Of a stretch of 64,000 nucleotides of DNA, positions 50,750 to 63,074 are shown one piece after another. The stretch comes from Lama guanicoe (Eukaryota), in the NCBI GenBank assembly GCA_013239625.1, contig MU053881.1, forward strand, positions 2,542,001-2,606,000, in the 5' to 3' direction. The translations under genes and the position numbers were made by a program. Below the pieces are notes generated by a model that had not been told where the DNA came from, did no database searches, and saw nothing but the letters and a program-made list of their open reading frames with translations. How positions within the stretch are numbered: the stretch's first letter is position 1; the number at the start of each line of letters is the position of its first letter.

Positions 50750-50943
50750 CTGCTCAGCAGCGGGTGCAACTCCAGCTTGCTCTCCGTGGGGCCCCGGTCC
50801 GGGGCCTTCCTGCTCAGGGACAGCAGCGCCGTGGGAGCGCACAGAGCCTCCTCTCCCACCAGCGCCCCTGCTGCCGCCTCCTCTTCTTCTTTCTCCTCCT
50901 TGTCTTTCCTCCAGTTTTTGTTCCCCCCCTCAGCATCTCCAGC
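50750..50943 (-). CDS. EIF4E1B: EIF4E1B coding exon 2 (AGDAEGG...KLELHPLLSR)
   Basis: 194 nt, tttggtcag acceptor and AG|gtaggg donor; acidic N-terminal arm ending in HPL. Confidence 0.93.
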
Positions 50944-51191
50944 CTGACCAAAGAAAGGAATCAGGGTGGGTGGTAAGCCCCGGCCCTCGCTGCCCAAAGG
51001 GGGCAGGCAGGTGGACTTACAGGGCCGGTGGTAGCCATGCTGTGGCCTAGAATCCCCAGGCACACAGCAGCCAAGAGGGACCCAGCTGCCGGCCTTTAAA
51101 CCTCCATGGCCCCGCCCCCACACACCTGGGGCAGGGGACCAGGAGGAGCCAGCGTGGGGATGGGAGGGAGTTCAGAGGGGGAAGGGCTTAC

Positions 51192-51215
51192 ACTGCTGCT
51201 TCCATCAGCAAGCAT
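51192..51215 (-). CDS. EIF4E1B: EIF4E1B first coding exon (MLADGSSS); probable exon acceptor at 51247
   Basis: ATG CTT GCT matches the recalled MLA start of eIF4E1B; donor AGT|gtaagc; phase 0 joins the next exon in frame; in-frame TAA directly upstream of the ATG. Confidence 0.75.
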
Positions 51216-52404
51216 TTAGTGAGCATCTTCTACATGCAGGCTCAGGGCTGGGGACACAGCTGTGACCCGGCAGACCTGGCCCCCATCCACATGGCACTGG
51301 TCATTGGGGGGCTGAGACACAAAGGTAAGGATCAATACTAGGGGTCTGCCCTCAGTGAAACCACATCCCACCAAGAGTGAATTTAAAGTGGACTGCCCCA
51401 GAGATGATGGCAGAAGCTGCAAGTCTGATGTGGCGGGGCCAGGGCCAGGTCAGAGAACTTAGCTACACATTATGGTGCATCGTCTTTGGCTCTGATGACA
51501 TTCACCCGCCTCGGTTTCACCACCAACGTCATCTGGTCTCTGGAAGCATCTAAGGGCTTTAATGTAATCATTTGGAAACAGGGAGACTGTATATTAATAA
51601 TCCACATTTTTGGTTACTCTTAAAACTTTAGACAGATCTGACAATTGGGGCCTTCCCGTCACAATCCGCTTCAGCTGGGAATGCCTTTTCGGCAGCACAA
51701 ATGAGGTTCCACATAGCTTCGCCGGCCCACTGCTCCCCTGCTTCTTATCTCCTGGGCCATCTGAATGTTCTCCACCTGGGCATCGGTGGCGAGGGGCAGT
51801 GCACCAGTCACACAGCCTGGGTTCAAGTCCCCCCTGCCCTAACTTCAGCCAAGTACCTGAGCCTTACTTTGTCTCAGTTTCCCTGTCTGTAAAATGGGAA
51901 TGTTAGTGATACACAACTCAGAAATTTATTGTAGTAATGATATAAAACACACAAAGCCCATGGAACAAGGCCTGGCTCAGTGGCCAATAGCAGCCAGAGG
52001 GTGGGGAGGGGAAGTGCTGCCTCTGGTCACCCTTCCCTTTTCTGGAGGGGCTGAAATCTCCCAAGGTTCTTCAGGTTTCTCACCCTCCCCTCGGCCATTT
52101 TTAGGGTCCCACTCTGTAAGGGACCAGTCCCTTCCCCTCCCTCACACCCAGGGAAGCCCATGACCACCTGGAGGCTGACAGTCAATATCTATTCAACCCT
52201 CATCCCTAAGCTCCAGGATGTGGCGGGCCTGCGGCTGAGTGCCGGGAGGCAGTGAGAAGCAGAAGATGAGGGGCCCCTGTGCTCTTGTCTTCCAGGGGAG
52301 CCAGGTAATCTCACAAAGCCCTGTGTAATCACAAAGGCAGACCTCTGAAAGAAAGGAATTTGCAGATGGGAGAAGATGAAGTCCGTGACCTGAACTGGGG
52401 GCTT

Positions 52405-52570
52405 TAGAGCGCGTGGATCAGAATCACCTGCAGGGCTTGTTAAACACAGACTCCTGGGCCCTGCCTCGGGATTTCTGATGCCTTCGCACAGGGCTTGGGC
52501 CTGAGAAGTGGCATTTCTAACAAGTTCCCTGATGATGCTGTTCAGGGACCCCATTTCGAGAACCACCCAC
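52405..52570. mobile_element. MER5A-like DNA element
   Basis: atcagaatcacctgcagggcttgttaaacacaga...gcatttctaacaagttccctgatgatgctg. Confidence 0.7.
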
Positions 52571-53034
52571 CGACTTAAATGCAGTTCACGGAAGAGGTGA
52601 TGTTTGAGTGAGAGTTAACGAGGTGGGTGGAGGAGGGCAGCTCTGGGAGTGGGAGCAGCATGTGCAAAGGCTCTGGGGTACCGGAGTAAGAGAAGAAAGA
52701 CTGCTCTGGCTAATGCCCAAAGCGGGAAAGGATGGTGAGTATTGGTCTTAGGAGAGTGGAGAGCCGTTGAGTGGTTCAAATGGCTAAAGATGGGCCGGGG
52801 ATTAATCAGATGGGCTTTCTAGCAAGTTCTCTGGACTGCTGTGTGGGGAACAGAACTTGTGGCACAACAGCAAGTAGGAGGAGATCTATTTGGACACTGA
52901 CGTCATTGTCCAGGTGACAGATGGAGCAGTAGGGGAGACAGAGAGAACGGGATGGATTTCAGAGGTGTTTAGAAGGAAGACACAGTGGTATTTGGTGACA
53001 GACAGGCTCTGGAGAGGTGGAACATGGAATCCCA

Positions 53035-53500
53035 GCGACCTATTGCTGCATAACAGACCACTCCAAATGTAGTGGCTTAAAACTGCAATGATTATTTATT
53101 TTGTTCACAGATTGGCAATTCGAAAAGCACTTAGTAGGGATGGCTCATCTCTGCTCCAAATCCCCACCGACTGGAGCAGCTCAGAGGCTGGGGCCGGGGC
53201 CGGGGCCGGGGCCAGCTGCTCACTCACGGCGGGATAGTCTTTGCTGGCTGTCAGATGGAACCTCAGCTGGGACGTCACCTGGGACAGCTGTCTGTGGCTT
53301 CTCCGTGTGACCACATGGCTTCCTCACAGTGCGGTGGCTGGGTTCCCAGAACAAGTGTCCCAAGAGATGGAAAGCAGAAGCTGCCAGTTTCTTAAGGCCT
53401 GAGCCTGAAACCTGGCACAGGTTCACCATCGCTGTACTTGGTTAGAGTCCCTGAGCCCATATTCAAGGATGGGGACAAAATCCCACCTCCCAGTGGGAAG
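53035..53500 (-). mobile_element. MLT1-type LTR upstream of EIF4E1B, same orientation as the gene
   Basis: tgctgcataacagaccactccaaatgtagtggcttaaaac is the reverse complement of a MaLR LTR 3' end. Confidence 0.65.
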
Positions 53501-54238
53501 GGTGTTGAAGAGTTTTGAACAGAAGACGCATTGCAGGAGGACCAGGCTTAGGGAGAGATCAGGAATCCAGGTTTGATGGGGAAAAAGGGAGAAAGGACCA
53601 TCTCCAAGTGCCAGGCATGGTCTCAGCTGCCTTAGTAGCACAGAGCCTGGCATGGAATGACCCTGCCGGCCACAGCACTCCTTCCCACCATCTTCTGCTT
53701 CTTCCGGTGTCGGGCAGCCCCTGGAGTCTGGGCTTGGAGTCTGAGAGACCCCAGGAGGAAACCCCCCAGCCCTACTAGGTCCTGGTCCCTACCCAAGGCA
53801 CTCCCAAGCCTGTCTGTGGGGGACATCTTCACAATGGGGTTGAACAAACAAGGGATCTGGACTCCTAGTCCTGCCATTCTGTTCCTAAAACATCTGAAAT
53901 CTGCCCATTACTCTCGCTCCCCACCAGCAAGTGCCACCATCTCTGGCCTGGGCCACTGCCCGGGGCTCTCCTAACACTCTCCTTACTTCCACTCCTGCCT
54001 CCCTACAAAACATCCTCCACGTGCCTTCAACAGATTATTTAAACTATCAATCTGATCTATTGACTCCTCTGTTTAAACCCTCCAGGATACCCAGGATGTG
54101 ATCCAAAGTCCAAGTTCTGGGCCTGCAAGTCCCTGCATGATCCAACCTCACAGTGCTCCAAGCACACTGATTCTCCAACAGGCCAGATTTGTTCCTGCCT
54201 CAGGCCCTTTGCACTTGCTGTTTCCTCCCCAACCCTTT

Positions 54239-55416
54239 TTTTAAATTGAAATATAGTCAGTTTACAATGTTGGGTCAATTTCTGGTGTACAACACAATAC
54301 TTCAGTCATATAGGAACATACATATATTCGTTTTCATGTTCTTTTTAATCATAAGTTACTACAGATATTGAATATAGTTCCCTGTGCTATACAGTATAAA
54401 CTTGTTGTTTATCTATTTTATATACAGTAGTTAGTATCTGCAAAGCTCAAATTCCCAGTTTATTCCTTCCCACCCCCTTCCCTGCCTGGTAACCATAAGT
54501 TTGTTTTCTATGTCTGTGAGTCTGTTTCTGTTTTGTAAATAAGCTCGTCTTTTTTTTTTAAGATTCCACATATGTGTGATATCATATGGTATTTTCCTTT
54601 CTTTTTCTGGCTTATTTCACTTAGAATGACATTCTCCAGGTCCATCCCTGTTGCTGCAAATGGCATTATTTTATTATTTTTAATGCTGAGTAGTATTCCA
54701 TTGTATAAATATACCATAACTTCTTTATCCAGTCATCTGTTGGACATTTAGGTTGTTTCCATGTCTTGGCTATTGTAAATAGTGCTGCCGTGAACATTGA
54801 GGTGCATGCATCTTTTTGAATTAAGATTCCTTCTGGGTATACACCCAGGAGTGGGATTGCTGGATCATATGCTAAGTCTAAGTCTATTTTTAGTCTTTTG
54901 AGGGATCGCCATTACTGTTTTCCATAATGGCTGCACCAAACTACGTTCCACTAACAGGTCTCTCCTGCATTTTCTCCACACCCTCTCCAGCATTTATCAT
55001 TTAGGGGATTTTTAATGATCGCCATCTGACCGGTGTGAAGTGACACCTCATTGTGGTTGTTTGATTTGCATTTCTCTGATAATTAGCGATATTGAGCATC
55101 TTTTCCTGTGCTTGTTGTCCATCTCTTCATTGGGGAAATGTCTGTTTAGGTCTTCTGCCCATTTTTGAATTGGGTTGTTTGTTTTCTTCTTATTAAGTTG
55201 TATGAGCTGTTTATATATTCTGGAAATTAAGCTCTTGTTAGTCTCATCTTTTGCAAATAGTTTCTCCCATTCCATAGGTTGTCTTTTTGTTTTGCTTATG
55301 GTTTCCTTTGCTGTGCAAAAGCTTATAAGTTTAATTAGGTCTCATTTGTTTAATTTTGCTTTTATTTTGATCACTTGGGTAGATTGCCCTAGGAAAACAT
55401 TGGTGAGATTTATGTC
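54239..55416 (-). mobile_element. 5'-truncated LINE-1 inserted into an L2 remnant
   Basis: ORFs 55048 (WEKLFAK...[12 protein letters not shown]) and 54508 (KIMPFAATGMDLE) are ORF2 pieces; TSD cctccccaacccttt (54224) / cctctccaactcttt (55417). Confidence 0.92.
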
Positions 55417-56903
55417 CCTCTCCAACTCTTTATACGACTGACTTCTTGTCCCTCAGAGCTTGGCTCATGCCGTCTTCTCAAAGAGGTCTTCCCTGATCAC
55501 TCTATCTAAAGTAAACCATTCTCCCCCATGCACTCTTCTTTTTTTTTAATAGACTTTATTCTTTTAGAGCAGTTTCAGGTTCACAACAGAATTAAGCAGA
55601 AAATAGAGAGTTCCCACATAGCCCTCCCCACCCACACATATTTACTCCCCTACCCTCAACATCCCTCATCAGTGTGGCATATTTGGTACAATCGATGAAC
55701 CAACACACCATGCACTCTTTAACTAAGTACCCATTTTATTTGTTTCGTAGCACTTAGCACCACTCATTCACTCATTCAACAAACACTGGCCTAGAGTTAC
55801 TTTGTGCCAGGCACAATTTTAGACACTGGGGGACACTGATATGAGCAAAACTGATGATTGATTCCTCCTCTTCATTCAGAAGGCTCCAGGACTAAGCCCT
55901 GCTTCTCTGCTCTGTCAACACCTCCTGTTTTATGATCTCTCATCCAGTCATGGTCATTGAATGTCACGTATATAGTGTGCCTCTGGCCCCAACTTGAAAT
56001 CCCAAAGAGCACATCCAACTGCCTGCTTGCAGCTCCACCTGCATACAGCTTACTGCATCCAAAGCTGCATTCCTGACTTTCCCCTGTCCCCAGACCTGTT
56101 CCTCCCACAATCGTCTGCACCCTTCCATCTGCTCAGCCCCGAATTCTGGACCAATCCTGACTCCTGTCTTTCTAACCTATCAGTACATTCCATCTTGAAC
56201 TCTACCTTCAAAATACCCAGGATCCAACCACATCTCTCCATCTCCATTGCCACCACCCTAGCCCAAGCGGACTGTCATCTTCCCTGTACTATGGTGATGG
56301 CATCTGAACTGGTGCCCAGCTGCCAGACTTAGGACTTCACACTGTCCAAGCCCTCAGCCCCACCCCAGCACCCTCCACGCTCTTCCTTTTCATTTCCTCT
56401 CCAAGCATTTATCTGACATACACTATATTGTACTTATTTATTTTACTTATCATCTGCCTTCTCGGTCTAGAACATAAAGTCCCCCAGAGTCTTTTTTCAC
56501 TCACGACTATCTTCTCCAGTACCTAGAGCAGGGCCTGACCCATAGCAAGTCCTCAGGGGTCAGAGAGAGGAGGGAGAGCTGACTGTTAGATTGAGCTAAG
56601 TGAGCGTGACTGATATTGACAAAGCGGCACAACCTAAGGCATCTTATTTGGCTGCTAGTTCACGTGTTAATTGCCACTTCCTTCTAGGACGGTAAGTCCT
56701 AGACGAGCAAGGACTTTATTGGTCTTGTTTTCTGCTGAATCTCCCGTACATAGAGCAGTGCCTGGCACACAGTAGGCACTCAGGGAAAACCAATGGAAAA
56801 GAATGGATGCCAGGGACTAGTTATATGATCTGCCCTGAGTGTCGGTTCCCTGCAAAGTGGGACTGAAATCTGTAATGTGGGAATGAGGGTGTCTATTGTG
56901 GGA

Positions 56904-57040
56904 GGGGGAGGGTATAGAGCTCAGTGGCAGAGCACTGTGCTTAGCATGCACAAGGTCCTGGGTTCAATTCCCAGTACCTCCATTAAGAAATAAATAAATA
57001 AATAAACCTAATTACCTCCTCTCCCCTACCCCCCAAATTT
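56904..57040 (+). mobile_element. tRNA-derived SINE (camelid Vic-1-like)
   Basis: ggggagggtatagagctcagtggcagagc...ggtcctgggttcaattcccagtacctcc followed by (aaat)n. Confidence 0.85.
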
Positions 57041-58675
57041 TAAAGTGAGAATGAAAATGCCTGCTTTAAGGAATTGATTTTAGGGCTTAATGATGTAATG
57101 AATGTAGTGCCTGGCACACAGTAGGTGTTCAGTCAATATCACCCACCCCCCATCTCTTGTTCTTACCCCACCTCCATCTGGCCTGCCTGTCTTCTTCCCC
57201 GCCCTGAGGTCTCTGGACAGCAGGAAGGTTGACAAATGTTTAATCACACCACACACAGAGTTATAAAGGTGCACTTGGATTTTTGCAGAACTCAAGCAGA
57301 GCTAGGAGCCCTGGGATTCTCTTAAGAGAACACCTGCTGCTCCAGGTGGAATTTTCTCCCAACCCCTTTCTCACACTCTCCAGCCTTCCCTCTCCAGAAG
57401 CTTCAAAGCCATTCTCCTTAGTATAATCTTAGGAAGGGGAGAGGGGCGAAAGGAACGGGGGAGCCCATTTCCCCGGGGGAGGAAGAACAGGAACAAGGAA
57501 AGGGCCCTGAGAACTCACAGGTTTCAGGCCTGGCCAGAAAGAGAGCCAGGGGCCTGGGCTGTGCCATCCTATGCCCCAAAGTGGGGCCGGCGCTGTGACG
57601 TGGGGTAAAGAGTCCATTGTGCTGGAAAGTGGTGGTCCCGTGACTGGGTTGCCTTCTTCTGGGGACAGCACATATGAAGAGAAAGAAAGATGCAGCAAAT
57701 GCTAACAATGGGTGAATCTAGGGAAGGATATTCAGCATCCTTTCTGAAGGTTTTGTTCATTGGACTATGTTTGCAACTTTTCTCTAGGTTTCAATTTTTT
57801 TTTTAAACAAAGCTGGGGGCAAAAAGAATAGTGACAGAGATGTTAGTGACTCACTCAGTAACCATTCTCCCCTTCTCACACTTTGATTCTAGGAAGTCGT
57901 AAGCCCAGCTGTATGACCAGACTTTTCCAGCCTCCCTGCAGCTAGGTGTAGCTCATGAGAGATAAGCAGAAGTTGTCAGCTTCTGGGGAAACTCCTGAAG
58001 AAAAGACAGACAACTGGCAGGTGCTCTTTTTACCCTACTTCCCTTATTCCCACTTTCTGCATAGACATGATGGCTGGAGCAGCAGCAGCCATCTTGGGCC
58101 ATAGGTGGCCTTGAAGGTGGAATCCAGGTACTAAGGCTGGTAGAGCAGGAAGATAGAACTCTGGGTCCCTGATGCCTGTGAAGTCGTCACACCTACTGTG
58201 AACCTCCTACTGCATGACTTCTCTCAGTGAAAAAAATTAGCACTTGCTTTGCTTAAGCATCTGCATTAACAGCCAAATGAACTTCTCACCTGTTTTCTGT
58301 TCCCTCTACATTGGAGTTTTCCACCTGCTGAATCCTATGCTGGGAATGCTCACGACCACTTGTAAGGTCCTTCTCAACTTTCAACACCCAGCTCGAATGT
58401 CACCTTCTCCGGGAGGATTTCCCGGGTGCCCCTTCCCTCCTGGACTCCCGGAGCCATCTGGTGCTACTGTTAAACTCCCCTACAGTCCACTTGCTGCCCA
58501 CCAGAGGATTCTTCACTGCTCATTGCTTTAGCTTTTCTGTAGCATTTATCCAGTTGTCCTCTAACCCCCTTGGCTTCCCTGCCACCACTCTCTCCAGCTT
58601 CTCCTTCTCTCTCTGCAGCGCCTTCTCAGCCTTTCCCCCAGCTCCTCTGCCCTGGCCACTCAAGAAGGTTGCAGT

Positions 58676-59495
58676 GGGTGCTTGACATCACTAATTGTTA
58701 GAGACATGCAAACCAAAACTACAATGAGACATCATCTCAAGCCAGTCAGAATGTCCATCATTAAAAAGTCTACAAATGATAAATGCTGGAGAGAGTGTAG
58801 AGAAAAAGGAACCTTCCTATACTACTGGTGGGAATGTAAATTGGTGCAGCCACTATGGAGGACAGTATGGAGACTCCTTAAAAAATTAAAAATAGACTTA
58901 CCATATGATCCAGCAATCCCATTCCTGGGCATATATCTGGAGAAAAATATATTTCAAAAAGACACATACTTCCCATTGTTCACAGCAGCACTATTTACAA
59001 TAGCCAAGACATGGAAGCAACACAAATGTCCATTGACAGATGCCTGGATAAAGAAGATGTGGTGTATATATACAATGGGATACTACTCAACCATGAAAAA
59101 GAATAAAATAATGCCATTTGCAGCAACGTGGATGGGCCTGGAGAATGTCATTTGAAGTGAAGTAAGGCAGAAAGAGAAAGAAAAATGCCATATGATATTG
59201 CTTACACGTGGAATCTTAAAAAAAGGACACAAATGAATTTATTTACAAACGGAAACAGACTCAAACAGAGAACAAACTTCTGGTTACTGGAGGTTAAAGG
59301 GAAGGGATAAATTGGGAGTTCAAAAATTGCACTTCTTCGGGAGTGATGGAAATATTAGCTCTCTTGATTGTGGTGGTGGTACCATGAGTGTAGACATCTA
59401 TCAAAGTTCATCAAATTGTCCATCTGAAATATGTGTAGTTTACTGCACAGGAACCATACCACAATAAAGGTATTAAAAGGAAAAGAAAAGAAAAA
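58676..59495 (+). mobile_element. LINE-1 3' fragment with a chimeric end
   Basis: ORF 58682..59155 is the L1 ORF2 C-terminus; candidate TSD aagaaggttgcagt (58662) / aagaagcttgctgt (59496). Confidence 0.9.
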
Positions 59496-62400
59496 AAGAA
59501 GCTTGCTGTTCCTGAGGAATCTCTTCCAGACCCTCTTTTCTTTTCACTCTCCACGTTCCCCCGGGTAATTGCATCATCCCCATGGCTTCAGCCACCACCT
59601 CTCTGCAAATGACTCCAAATCCAGGGGTGAACTGGGCTCGCCTGGACCAGCTGATAAGAACAAAGTTTCAGGAATTTTGTGAGCCAGGTGTTAAAGCCAA
59701 TATTAAAAACTAAATTATATAAACCTATGATTGTATGAATTATATTGAAAACAAACGTCATAAGCCCTCAAAACATAACATCCTGATTATTTTACTACTG
59801 TCTATGCGCTTAAGATTATTTTTACCTATCTTATGTGTATGGTGAAGATGCTGATTAAGGGAGTCCTACCACATATCTCTTCCCAAGTCTCTGCTCAGAG
59901 ACGTACAGTGACCACTCGAAATCAACCGCAGCAGGAGAGTTTCCATCGCAGGTTTGGGCAAGCTCTACAAATAACGGTGCTTCCTTGCTGGGAAAGCCAT
60001 GTGTAAAGATTTCCCAGGACACCATGGCCCATGTCTATACCTGAAGCCAGCCTGGGTGACTTCTTGAACTCTGGGCTCAAATATCTGACTATCTGCTGGA
60101 CATCTCATGCAGCTCAACTGTCAGGCACTGCTCATTCCGTGTGCCCTGAACAAACTCACCATCACCCCAAACCTGCCCCACCTCAATGCCTGTTTCTTCT
60201 TGCAGCAACATCGCTCACCCTGCTGTCCAAGCCAGAAACCTGAGAATCTTCCTGGACTTGTCGCTCTCCCTCTTCCCCAACATCTAGTAAGTTACCTTGT
60301 AAGTGATGCTCGAGTCTCCCCTCCAATCCTGTACCAGCGTCACCGAGGCTTCCCTGGATCAGTTTCGACATTCCTCCTGTGGATTCTGCCCCAGCCTCCT
60401 CACTGATTTTGCTGCTTCTAGCAGTGTCCCCCTCCAACCCATCTCCATTTGGTCCCATGAAATGCAAATCTCATTTAGGTCTCTCTTGTGCTTAAAACCC
60501 AAATCCTACAATAGGAAGTACAGACACCATCTGTATGGTCTTCTTCCTCTCTCTCCCCTCCTGTTTGGTCCTGCCTCATCTGACATTCAGGGGATCTTAG
60601 TTGAGAGTCACAAAAATTACTTCTGGCTGAAAATTTAAACAGATAAGGAGTTTATTATCCAATTGTGGGCAGCTCAGGAACTCTTCTGGAAGGCCAGAGT
60701 CCCCTTGGAGAGCATGCAGCCTGGAAATTCACATTGTCAAAAGGCCCAGGAAGAGTCCCCGGATGCTACGGCTGGGCATAGACAGCACAGCTTGCCTTGT
60801 TGGTTCCAGATGCCCCCAGAAGCAGTGTCACTGCTGCCCGTGGTCCCTGGCTGCAGCTGCCACCATCACCACCACCTGTCCTCTCCAGAGCAGACTCCCC
60901 TCCTTCCCTCCTACTTCCTGGCACTAGCTTCTAGTTCCAAGTCTGAGGCTGAGATGTCTGGGGCTGAGGTCACATGTCCTGGCTGCAAGGAAAGCTGGGA
61001 AAGCATTGGCAGCTCCTGGAGGGGGAGATGGCTCTTCTTCATAAATTGGGGGATCCCCCAAACATAGGAAAGAGGCTGTTCCAATGCTGAGAGGCCAACA
61101 CTAATGACAGATGTCCCCCATGCTAGCTTTCACAATTAGACAAGATACTATTCAAGGCAAAGTAATCAAACAGCACAAGAAGGAAGGTGATGAAATGTAC
61201 AAGCTTCTCTCCAGGGGGCAACTACTGTTAACAGTTTTTTGGGAGTCCTTGCAGATGTGTTATTGGTATATCCAGATGTATAGATCTGTATATAAGATGT
61301 CTGTACATAACTGCGTGCATGTATGTAGTTTTCATGTGTCAAAATTGATTGGCTCCACACATTACAGTTGGCACCTCGCTCCTCTCACCTCACACCGTGT
61401 CGTGTGACACTCCCATATCAGTGCACACGGGTCTAACGCATCCTAACAGCAGCACAGCATAGCATTGGGTGGATGAACCACAATTAACTAGTCAGTCCTC
61501 TACATAGGAACATTTAGATCATTTTCATTTTTTTGCTGCAATGAACCAGGCTGTAGTGGACATCATTGCACAAACATCTCTGTGCACTTGTGTGAGCAGA
61601 GATCTGAGAGATGAATTCCTGGAAGGGGAAGTATTGGCTCCAAAGAAGCATACATTTATGTCTTGGGTAAACATTGCCAAGTTGTCTTCAAAACAGCATG
61701 TGCCATTTTGCAGCTCTACCAACAACCTGTGAACTGTTTTTTCCAGGCCCACCATAGTCTGGTTCCTGCTGCCGCCTCACCTCATCAGCTGTCACTTACA
61801 TACTCTGCATTTCCAACCACAGTGCCTTTGCCCATGCTATACCCACAGCTGAAACTTCCCTTCCTCCCTTGTCTGCCAGATGAAGTCTCCTTCGTCTGGG
61901 ATCCCACAACTTCTTGGGTATAATTTGGTCATATACCAAATTAAGGGCCTCTGTGTGCCTAGACTTCTATAACCATTTTGACAATCCAGACCATAACCAC
62001 ACAAAAAAGGATCTTGTCTGCCTCCTTCCTGGTTCTTCAGCTGCATTGCTTTTTATCTGTTCCCAAGCACAGTCCTGCCTCAGGACCTTTGCACTTGCAG
62101 TTCCCTCTCTATGAATCTTGCCCTCAAGTATCCTGGCCTTGGTGCCTATCTGGAGTCTCTGCTCCCATTCACCTCCTCACAGAGGCCTTCTGTGACCCCT
62201 TCATCTCAAGCAACCCTCGTCTAGTAACTGGTACATCTCCATTTTCTCATCTCCATGACACTTCCCACAAGCTGAAATAACCTTGTTTGGTTTAAGTGTT
62301 GACACGTTTATTTTCTGTCCCATCTCTGCACACACACAAACACATAATTGTAAACTCCCCTAGATCGAGGGACTTTGTTTTCCTTTTCCACTATCTTCAG

Positions 62401-62789
62401 CCTTGAACCTGCCTGGCACCCCTGTCTAAGCACTCAATAAACGTTCGTTGGATGAACCATCGATATTTTACAGAAGACGAAACTGGCATTCACAAAGGAG
62501 AGCTGAGTTGCCCAAGGTTATAAAAAGCACAGCTCAGATCCAAACGCATCTGAACTCTAAAACTCTAAAACCAACTGCGGTATTTCTTCCCTACTCTTAG
62601 CACGTCACATTGTCTCCCCCCACCAGACTGGGCTCTTGGGGCCAGGACGTGAGTCTGACGCTCCGAGGTCCCCAGCGGCCCGTCCCGGGCCCACCCCGTG
62701 AGGCTAGCGGGCTCCGCGGAGATGTCACCCTCCCCGCCCCCTGTCAGTCAGGCCGAGGGGGTGGCGCGGCCGCCAGGGGGGGCGCTGAG

Positions 62790-63074
62790 CTCAGAGCTGC
62801 CGCAGCGCCCGAGCCGGAGCCGCCGGAGCGCGCGAGCGAGCAGTGCACTGGCAGCGCGCGGTGGCTGGCGACGCACCCAAGGCCCGGGCACTACTGCGCC
62901 CCGGCTCAGGGCCCGCTCCCCGCCTGCTGCAGACCAACCTGAGCACCAGGCCACGACCTGATCCCCCATCTGTCCTGAGCCCACCCCAGCCCGGCCCAGC
63001 CGAGCCCCTGCGTCCGCCTGCCGCAGCCGCAGCCGCAGCCGCCGCTCCATCCCCAGCCCCGGCCCCGCATCCAG
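62790..63074 (+). other. SNCB: SNCB non-coding exon 1 (5' end approximate), containing a (GCCGCA)3GCCGCC repeat
   Basis: CpG-rich, ends at donor ccag|gtgagg (63074/63075); matching acceptor cccag|gccgccaggATG at 63700. Confidence 0.7.

Noticed and set aside
47834..51215. EIF4E (canonical) or a processed EIF4E pseudogene
   Set aside because: Introns with canonical splice sites, an intact frame, 1B-type residues and SNCB/TSPAN17 synteny identify EIF4E1B
56904..56985. tRNA gene
   Set aside because: The tRNA-like head is followed by a SINE body and (aaat)n tail, and a second copy at 50496 has a TSD, so it is a SINE
58682..59155. 157-aa ORF as a host gene
   Set aside because: It is the LINE-1 ORF2 C-terminus in a truncated insertion; the same applies to 24536..24823, 54508..54717 and 55048..55275
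62519..62526. TATAAAAA as the SNCB TATA box
   Set aside because: It lies in a MIR-like remnant about 270 bp from the likely start of a CpG-island promoter
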